Shown here one piece after another: positions 54,501 through 64,000 of a DNA stretch of 64,000 bases. Both the position numbers and the translations under genes were made by a program. Source of the stretch: Stegostoma tigrinum (lineage: Eukaryota); the NCBI RefSeq assembly GCF_030684315.1, contig NC_081363.1:72276517-72340516 (forward strand). The letters run 5' to 3'. How positions within the stretch are numbered: position 1 is the first letter of the stretch; each line of letters opens with the position of its first letter. The notes under the pieces are model-generated. The model saw nothing but the letters and a program-made list of their open reading frames with translations, made no database searches and was not told the origin of the DNA.

Positions 54501-57500
54501 TTGTCTTAAGTGAGAGACCTACTCTTTAAATTGTTCCCCGTTTCTAAACTCTCTCACAAAGGAAGCATCTTCTCAGCATTTATCCAATCAAATCCCCGAA
54601 GAATCTTCAATAAAATCTCCTTTTATCCTTCTAAATTCCAATGGTGACTGCTCAACCTTTCCTCATACCATGACACCTTCATCCTCAGAAAATGCTAAAC
54701 GAGCCTTCTTTGAATTTACTCTACTGCAGTTATTAAAGAAAGGATATGAGAGTCCAAAACTACATGATACTCCAAGTAGAGTCTCTAAGGCCTTGCACGA
54801 AAGCCAAAGTCCCCACCTTGTATTGTATTCCATTTGAATTTTTTAAATAGACTACTGTGATTGTTATGCCCACATTTTGTTATTCATGTGTCAGATCGTG
54901 CATTGTGTACATCATGTATCAGATCCCTTCATCCAAAAGTTCTCCAATCTCTCTCTTCAAATAACTTTAAATGGATTGAAGACAAATGATTGGTGGCGAA
55001 ATTAGCTGAGTAGCAGGAGGTAGAGTGGGGATAATAGATTGGAATGCTAAATGGCAGGATGTGACATGTGGAGTCCTCAAGAGACACGTTTGAATTCTCA
55101 GTTATCCACTGAATTTATTAACAACACAGACGGGATTGAAATGATATATCGAAATTTACCAATGACACAAAGTTAAGTGGCATTGTACATAGTATAAATA
55201 GAAGCATAAAATTTCAAAGAAATCTGATTGGTTATTTGAATGAGAAAAATTGTGGGAAATAGATTACAATGTTGAAGAAGTGATGTCATCTGCTTTGTGT
55301 TTAACAAAGATAGAATAGGATGCTTTCTAAAGTGAGAACGAGAAACAGAAACAGAAAAGAGAAACAGAAGGGGTCCGAAGAAAGTTAAAGAATTGGGCAC
55401 GTAGAATATTAAAATGTCAAAAAACATGAGAAAAATAATTAGAATGATTAATGATTACTGGCCTTACATCTTCAGACTCATACTCAACAATTTCATAGAT
55501 GTGCCAATCCTTAGACCACAGGTAGAGTGCTGCAAGGGTTCGGTGCAGCACACTTTGTGAGTGTTACAGTGATTTAGGAAGGAGTGCAGCATGGATTTAC
55601 CAAAATAATACCTGACTGAAACAGTAAAGCTGTAAGATTTCACAAGCTATTGTTATATTGATTGCAATTTAGAAGGTTCAGGGGCTGATTTTATTTCAGT
55701 ATTCAGGATGTTAGGGGAGACAGATAGACACTGATTCCACCAGGGGATTTACATTCACTTTCAAAGTGGAACTTTTAGTGGTCTGATGGGTGAACAGGGA
55801 TGATATTTCTATGACCTTGGAAAGGGCTTTAAAGTAACTGAGGGTTGGGTTGTGGAAGATTCAGAATAGGAGACGCCTATGCTTACAAAGCAAAAGGATA
55901 TGGCAGCATTGCAGGGCAGGCCAGAGTAAGTCAGGAAAGGACAAAGTGTATAAGCATAAATGTGCTCATTTGTTTATAAGGCCTGGGTTCAAATCCCACC
56001 TACTCCAGAAGTGTGTAAAAATATCTCTGAACATGTTGATAAGAAAATATCTATGAGCCATAAAAAAAAATCAAATGTGGGTAAATGATAAAAAGACAAC
56101 ATTAATGGCTTCTTACTTAAATATGCATTGTATTCCCAAACATAATAAATGAATTAATGGAATAAATAGAGGTTAATGGTTGGAATGATCTTATAGCCAT
56201 TACAGAGATATGGTTACAAGAAGAACAAAGCTCGGACCTAAATGTTCGGGGGCATATGACTTTTTGAAAGGATAGGCAGGAAGGCAAGACTGATGGAGAC
56301 AGCTTTGCTATACGAGATGGGTTAAGTATGATAGCAAGAAATAATGATGTGGAATTCGTACAGGTGGAGGTAAGAAGTACAAGGGAAAGAAGACCCCGAT
56401 GGTAGTAACCTAAAGGTATCATACCAAGTCGCTGTTGTGTAGGGCAGAGAATAAATCATTAGATATTAAGGGCATGTTTAAAACAAAAGTATGTTAATCA
56501 TGGCAAACATTTAATCATCATGTAGATTGGGAAAATCAATTTAGTGGCGATAGCCACAAGGACGAATTCATTAAAGTGGATCTAAGAAAATTTCTTCATA
56601 CAAAATGTTGTGCATCCAACTAGAGACTACGCTACTTTGGATTTGCCGATACATAATGAGCCAGGTTTAATAAATGATCTTGGACAAAAGATCCTCATAG
56701 GAACAGTGACCGTAACATGGTAGAAGTTAGTGTTCAGTTTGAGGAGGAGAAAACAGGGCAGAAACAATTGTGCCAAACTTATGTAAGGGTATTTGCAAAC
56801 AGGTGTGTGTGGAATGGACTGGCAATGGAGTTTAGCAGAAAAGTCGGTTAAGGTACAATGGCTGAAATTTAGGAATATAGTTTGTAATTGACAGTAAACA
56901 TGTATGTTAGTGAGGAAGTAGGATTTGAGGAAGTGGATAAAGTGATGCTTATCCAAATAAGTTAAAGATAATATCAAAGTGAAAAAAAAATTATACAATA
57001 TGGCAAAGACTTGTGTTAAATCAGAGAATTAGGAAAATTTTAAAAACCACCAAAGCTTGATTGAAGAAATGGAGTAATAAGCTAAGAGGACAAATTAGCA
57101 AATATGATAAAAACAGTGAAAGCATCTTGAATATATGAAAAGAATGAGATAGGCAAAAATGAAAATCGACTCCTTAGAGAACAAGGCTGGGGAATAATGA
57201 TACTGGTGAGACAAAGTCTAGTGGTATTATTGGCTAGACTATTAATCCAGAAATTTAGCTGATGTTCTAGAGTTCCAGGTTCAAATCTCTCCAGGGCATA
57301 TGGTGGAATTTCAATAATGAATCTGGAAGTAAGGGTCTAATGATGACCATGAAACCATTGTTGATATTCAGGAAAAGCCCCTCTGGATTTACTAATGTCC
57401 ACTGGGAGGGGAATCTATCATCCTTACCTGGTGACTCCAAGGCCACAGTAATGTGGTTGACTGTTACTGACATACTCTGCCTCGTGTGCCATTAGGGATG

Positions 57501-57995
57501 GGCAACAAATCCTGGCCTAGCCAGAAAAGCCCCTGTGAGTAAACAAAAGTGGGACCCAGGAAATAGCCCAGGAGTTGAACAAGTAGTTCGGAGTTAAATA
57601 AGTACTTTGCATCAGTCTTCACAATCGAGAACACTATAAGTATTCCCTAATTATAAAATAATCCAGGGGCTAAAGGGAGAGGGCCATAACGAATGACTAT
57701 TATTAGGGCAACTAATGGGACCAAAAACTGGTAAGTCCCTCGTAAATTGGATGCTTGGAATTTAAAGGAAACAGCTAGAGATAGTGGACCACACTGATAC
57801 TGTTTTCTGGGTAGTGTTATTAGAACAAAGATACCTAAGGGTTCAGAGATAATGGGAACTGCAGATGCTGGAGAATCCGAGATAACAAAGTGTGAAGCTG
57901 GATGAACACAGAAGGCCAAGCAGCATCTTAGGAGCACAAAAGCTGAGCCTTCATCAGATAGTGTGACAGATAGGCAGGGTGGTTAAGAAGGTAAT

Positions 57996-60396
57996 AAAAT
58001 GTGAGGCTGGATGAACACAGCAGGCCAAGCAGCATCTCAGGAGCACAAAAGCTGACGTTTCGGGCCTAGACCCTTCATCAGAGAGGGGGATGGGGAGAGG
58101 GAACTGGAATAATTAGGGAGAGAGGGGGAGGCGGACCGAAGATGGAGAGTAAAGAAGATAGGTGGAGAGAGTATAGGTGGGGAGGTAGGGAGGGGATAGG
58201 TCAGTCCAGGGAAGACGGACAGGTCAAGGAGGTGGGATGAGGTTAGTAGGTAGATGGGGGTGCGGCTTGGGGTGGGAGGAAGGGATGGGTGAGAGGAAGA
58301 ACCAGTTAGGGAGGCAGAGACAGGTTGGACTGGTTTTGGGATGCAGTGGGTGGGGGGGGAAGAGCTGGGCTGGTTGTGTGGTGCAGTGGGCTGGTTTAGG
58401 GATGCAGTAGGGGAAGGGGAGATTTTGAAACTGGTGAAGTCCACATTGATACCATTAGGCTGCAGGGTTCCCAGGCGGAATATGAGTTGCTGTTCCTGCA
58501 CCTTCGGGTGGCATCATTGTGGCAGTGCAGGAGGCCCATGATGGACATGTCATCTAAAGAATGGGAAGGGGAGTGGAAATGGTTTGCGACTGGGAGGTGC
58601 AGTTGTTTGTTGCAAACTCTCCTCCGACACTTCCGCCATTTACAATCCGACCCCACCACCCAAGACATTTTTCCATCCCCACCCCTGTCTGCTTTCCGGA
58701 GAGCCGCACCCCCATCTACCTACTAACCTCATCCCACCTCCTTGACCTGTCCGTCTTCCCTGGACTGACCTATCCCCTCCCTACCTCCCCACCTATACTC
58801 TCTCCACCTATCTTCTTTACTCTCCATCTTCGGTCCGCCTCCCCCTCTCTCCCTATTTATTCCAGTTCCCTCTCCCCATCCCCCTCTCTGATGAAGGGTC
58901 TAGGCCCGAAACGTCAGCTTTTGTGCTCCTGAGATGCTGCTTGGCCTGCTGTGTTCATCCAGCCTCACATTTTATTACCTTCTTAACCACCCTGCCTATC
59001 TGTCACACTATCTGATGAAGGCTCAGCTTTTGTGCTCCTAAGATGCTGCTTGGCCTTCTGTGTTCATCCAGCTTCACACATTGTTATTTCGGATTCTCCA
59101 GCATCTGCAGTTCCCATTATCTCTGAACCCTTAGGTATCTTTGTTCTAATAACACTACCCAGAAAACAGTATCAGTGTGGTCCACTATCTCTAGCTGTTT
59201 CCTTTAAATTCCAAGCATCCAATTTACGAGGGACTTACCAGTTTTTGGTCCCATTAGTTGCCCTCTCTCTTTAGCTCCGAGGTTATTTTATAATTAGGGA
59301 ATACTTATAGTGTTCTCAATTGTGAAGACTGAAGCAAAGTACTTATTTAAATCCGAACTACTTGTTCAACTCCTGGGCTATTTCCTGGGTCCCACTTTTG
59401 TTTACTCACAGGGGCTTTTCTGGCTAGGCCAGGATTTGTGACTCTCCGTGACTCCCTTGTTCGCTCCACACTGCCCTCCAACCCCACCACACCCGGCACC
59501 TTCCCCTGCAACCGCAGGAAATGCTACACTTGCCCCCACACCTCCTCCCTCACCCCTATCCCAGGCCCCAAGATGACATTCCACATTAAGCAGAGGTTCA
59601 CCTGCACATCTGCCAATGTGGTATACTGCATCCACTGTACCCGGTGTGGCTTCCTCTACATTGGGGAAACCAAGCGGAGGCTTGGAGACCGCTTTGCAGA
59701 ACACCTCCGCTCAGTTCGCAACAAACAACTGCACCTCCCAGTCGCAAACCATTTCCACTCCCCCTCCCATTCTTTAGATGACATGTCCATCATGGGCCTC
59801 CTGCACTGCCACAATGATGCCACCCGAAGGTTGCAGGAACAGCAACTCATATTCCGCCTGGGAACCCTGCAGCCATATGGTATCTATGTGGACTTCACCA
59901 GTTTCAAAATCTCCCCTTCCCCAACTGCATCCCTAAACCAGCCCAGTTCGTCCCCTCCCCCCACTGCACCACACAACCAGCCCAGCTCTTCCCCCCGACC
60001 CACTGCATCCCAAAACCAGTCCAACCTGTCTCTGCCTCCCTAACCGGTTCTTCCTCTCACCCATCCCTTCCTCCCACCCTAAGCCGCACCCCCATCTACC
60101 TACTAACCTCATCCCACCTCCTTGACCTGTCCGTCTTCCCTGGACTGACCTATCCCCTCCCTACCTCCCCACCTATACTCTCTCCACCTATCTTCTTTAC
60201 TCTCCATCTTCGGTCCGCCTCCCCCTCTCTCCCTATTTATTCCAGTGCCCTCTCCCCATCCCCCTCTCTGATGAAGGGTCTAGGCCTGAAACGTCAGCTT
60301 TTGTGCTCCTGAGATGCTGCTTGGCCTGCTGTGTTCATCCAGCCTCACATTTTGTTGTCTTGGAATTCTCCAGCATCTGCAGTTCCCATTATCTCT
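57996..60396. mobile_element. Composite Penelope-like insertion (parental copy) inside a CR1 fragment
   Basis: Bounded by ggttaagaaggtaat at 57981-57995 and 60397-60411; CR1 sequence resumes afterwards. Confidence 0.9.
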
Positions 60397-61020
60397 GGTT
60401 AAGAAGGTAATTTGCATGCTCATCCTCATTGCTCAGACCTCTGAGTGTAGGTATTGGGACTTCATGTTAAGGTTGGTGGATGCCTCTTCTTGTGTACTGT
60501 GTGCAATTCTGGTCATCCTGTTATAGGAAAGATTAACCTGGAAAGGGTTCAGAAAAAAATTGCCTGGATGATGTTGGGAAAGGAGGTTTAGAATAAAAAT
60601 AGACTGGAAAGGATGGGACTTCTTTCACTGGAGCGTTGGAGATTGAGGGGTGACCTTATTGAGGCTTATAAAATTATGAGGGGCACAGATAAGGTGAATG
60701 ACAAGTGTCTTTTTCCTGGGGAAGGGAATTTCAGAACTAGGGAATATATTTTTAAGGTGATAAAAGAAAGATTTAAAAAGGACTTGGGGGCAACTTTTTC
60801 ACACAGGGAGGTTCATGTGTGGAATGAACTGCCTGAGAAAGTGGTGAATGTGGATACAGTTACAACATTTGAAAGAGATTTGGATAAGTACATAAAGAGG
60901 AAAGGTTTGGAACGATAGTGGGCCAAGCACAGCAGGTGGGACGAGTTTAGTTTGGGAACATGGTCAGCATGGACTGCTTGGACTGAAGGGTCTGCTTCCA
61001 TGCTGTACGACTCTATGATT
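60397..61020 (+). mobile_element. CR1 LINE 3' fragment
   Basis: GLLSLERWRLRGDLIEAYKIMRG...VWNELP. Confidence 0.85.
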
Positions 61021-61968
61021 CAAAGTCTTTTGCAGAATCTTAAGGTTGACTAGAAATCTTGAAAACTGCCAATGTAACACTATTTCTTAAAACAGGAGAC
61101 AAAAAAATTATAACTGTCGGCCAGTTAGTTCAACGTCTGTTACTGAGAAAATATTCGGGTCTGTTATCAAGGATGTAATGGATCATTCAGAATAGAAAGC
61201 AGAGTGGGAAAAGAATTTTTCACTGAGGTGACACCAGGTGCAGAAGGATTTTCATGAGAGGATAGGTTGAGTCGGTTTGCCTTGTACTCATTGGGATTTA
61301 GAAGAATGCGAGGCAACATATAAGATTCTTAGGGGAAGGGTCTGGACCGAAACGATAACTGATTTTTCTTCACAGACGCTGCCAGACCTGATTAACTTTT
61401 CCAGTAGCTTCTTTTATTTCGTTCAAGATTCTCAGAGGATAGCACAGATGTAGAAAAGTTGTTTCACCTACTGCTGGAGAGTCTGGGACCAGAGGGCAAA
61501 ATTTCAGGGGGTGCACATTTAAGGCGGGGATGAGGAAGAATGTCTTCTCTCTGAGGCTAGTCTACCGAGGCTGGCTCATGTCGTACATCCAAGGCTGTGA
61601 GAGATTTTTAATCAGTAGGGGAATCCATGATTATGGGGCAAAGACAGGCAAGAGGAGTTGAGAGTAATTAGATCAGCCACGATTTCTGAATGGTCCACTT
61701 CAGCTCCGACTCTTGAGGAGTGGACTGATGTGGGGGAAAATGAATGTAATGCTGACAAGACGTTTAAAAGTGTTTACTCCTGCTGGAGGTATGTAGGATG
61801 TAGATCTGATCTGAATGCTCGCTTTGTATATTTATTTGTGTAAAATTTAAATGGAAAAGACATTTGCATCACTGAGTTCACTTGGCAACAGGTATCGATA
61901 GTGAATATTGACATTTCCCACTGAGGGTACAAGAAGACCAGTTTCAGATCCGCTGCCATCCGTTAGCA

Positions 61969-62539
61969 ATGCTGCCGCAGGTTTCCAGCCTCCTCCGCCG
62001 GTCTGTGCCCTCCTGGCTGTGCCACCGTGCCCGGCCCGGGCTCCAGCTGCCCCTGTCTGCCCGAGCCGGCATGGCCATCTCCATCCAGCTCCAGCCCAGC
62101 CCCCGGTGCCTGTTCGATGAGCCGCTCGAGGTGCGGGTGAGCGGCCTCTGCCCGCACCAACAGGTCACCCTCAAGGCTTGGCTCCGCGACGAGAAGGAGC
62201 AGCTTTTCCATTCGGCCGCTTTCTACACGGCCGACCCCCACGGCCAGCTCGACCTGACTCGCTCCCCCTCCCTGGGGGGACACTACACCGGCGTCCAGCC
62301 CATGGGACTCTTCTGGTCGCTCAGCCCCGTCACTCCGTTCACTCGCCTGGTCAAGAGGGACGTGGCCGCTTCTCCCCTCTCCGTCCACATCGAGATCTTT
62401 GACGGACACTTGAGCCTCGGGCAGCTCCCACCGCAGCCTCTAGCCACCGCTATCAATCAGCGCTGGTTCATGAAGGAAGGGCTGGTCAGGATCCCAGTCA
62501 GGGAAGGCAGGATCCGAGGGACCCTCTTCGTCCCACCTG
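61969..62539 (+). CDS. Type-I acyl-CoA thioesterase paralog C, exon 1, with putative mitochondrial leader (second ATG at 62071)
   Basis: MLPQVSSLLRRSVPSWLCHRARPGLQLPLSARAG then MAISIQ...; CTG|GTGAG phase-1 donor; CpG-rich; gene presumably continues beyond the window. Confidence 0.87.
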
Positions 62540-63199
62540 GTGAGACCTGATTTCCAATTGGACGCATCAGCTCTTGTCCGAATTAAACGCAGAAGAAATG
62601 CTGGAGAAACTCGGCAGTTCTGAAGGCATCTGGAGATAAACAGAGTGAATGTTTTCAGCCTTCTTCAAAACTCTCTGATCTTCTGTGTTGAAGAAGAATC
62701 ATCCTGTACTCGAAACTTACAGATGCTGCCAGACCTGCTGAGCTTTTCCAGCAGCTACTGTTTTTTGTTCGAAACTTACACCCTTGTTTCTGTCTCCACA
62801 AGACCCTCTGTGTTCCTCCAGCACTTCCTGCGTTTGTTTCATATTTTGCGGTATGTTACCTTTTAACTTTATCCTCAGTCTGCAACCTCAGTGGACATCA
62901 CACAAGATCTAATGCTCACATCGTCTTTAAAAATAATAATAAGTAAGGTTTAGAGGGATGTGGGCCAAATGCTGGCAAATAGGACTAGATTAATTTAACA
63001 CTCGACGGCATGGACGAGTTGAACTGAAGAATCTGTTTCAGTGCTGCCCATCTTCATGACTCTTCAGTCTTTGCTCAGATGTGCTCTCCTTTATAAACAG
63101 CTACCTTTAATATGATATTACAGACTACTTTGTATTTATAAAAGAATATTACAACACAATTCCAATTTATGTTGTCTTAAAATGTATATTTTTAATGTC

Positions 63200-63600
63200 A
63201 GAGCACAGAACAGTGCCGCACAGTACAGACCCTTCGGCCCATGATGTTGTGCTGAACTTTTACCTGAAACCTAAGGTCTACCTAACCTCCGCTACCTTTT
63301 ACTATCATCCACATGCCTATCTAATAGCCACATAAATAGCCCTAATGAGGCCGACTCCACTACCCTCTCTGGCAATGCATTCCACACCCCTGCCACTCCC
63401 TGAGTAAACAACCTACCTCTGACGTCTCCCCGATATCTACCTCCTTTCACTTTAAAACTATGTCTCCTCGTAAAAGCTACCTCCACCCTAGGAAAAAAGT
63501 CTCTGGTTGCCTACTGTATCTATACCCCTGATCATTTTGTACGCCTCTATCAAGTCACCTCTCATCCTTCGTCGTTCTAAAGAGAAAAGCCCTAGCTCTA
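63200..63600 (-). mobile_element. CR1 LINE 3' fragment
   Basis: HSFKVKGGRYRGDVRGRLFTQ..VWNALP. Confidence 0.8.
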
Positions 63601-63627
63601 GAACAAAGCAAGTTATTTTCACAAAAA

Positions 63628-63775
63628 AAACAGAAATTGCTGGAAAGGCTCAGCAGTTTTGACAGCATCTGTGGAATAAAATCAGAGTCAATGTTTCGGG
63701 TCCAGTGACCCTTCTTCAGAACTGAGGAATTTCTTTTTCTGATTTCTAGCGTCTGTACATCTTTCAGGTTTTATA
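63628..63775 (-). mobile_element. Short non-coding PLE-derived element with hammerhead-like core
   Basis: Minus strand CTGAAGA-A-GGGTC-ACTG-GACCC-GAAAC followed by acagatgctg...ctgctgagc..ttccagca tail. Confidence 0.6.
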
Positions 63776-64000
63776 TTATTTTGCACATTTAAGATATTGA
63801 TTTCAATATTCTCCCACAGAGCAAAGTTGTATGAATAAGCACTTCTGGAATGGAAACTGTCCATAAACAGGAATTCAATTGTGCGAAGGCATCAGTTTTA
63901 GTAATGGTGTTCAAACGCCTGTTTTCCACTCACTGCAATTATAGCCAGAATCTCGCTTGAGTTTAGATCTGAGCAAAGAATATCTACGAAGGATTATTTT

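Larger units (their letters stand above)
43347..60245 (+). repeat. 16,824-bp tandem segmental duplication, unit 2 (range includes the 75-bp junction homology)
   Basis: Near-identical to unit 1; substitutions seen at 27245A/44069G and 33290A/50114G. Confidence 0.97.

Overview
Eukaryotic, repeat-rich vertebrate DNA. The V-SINE/HE1-like, DeuSINE-like, CR1 and Penelope repeat content suggests a cartilaginous fish (inference). The window holds part of a type-I acyl-CoA thioesterase (ACOT/BAAT family) cluster. It contains one complete three-exon gene (+; CDS 22452-23043, 27659-27858, 31176-31745; 453 aa; mitochondrial-type leader) and two near-identical, oppositely oriented first exons of other paralogs (8342-8810 on -, 61969-62539 on +). 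A ~4.4 kb 45-bp minisatellite lies directly upstream of the complete gene. A near-perfect 16,824-bp tandem duplication copies exons 2-3 only. Its junction is a chimeric Penelope-like element, with the crossover mappable to 43347-43421. Neptune-type Penelope-like elements (RT + GIY-YIG, hammerhead motifs) show a recurring inverted, tail-less left end plus a ~15-nt target duplication. One insertion also contains a fold-back copy of its own flanking host DNA. Most other ORFs in the track are repeat-derived or spurious.
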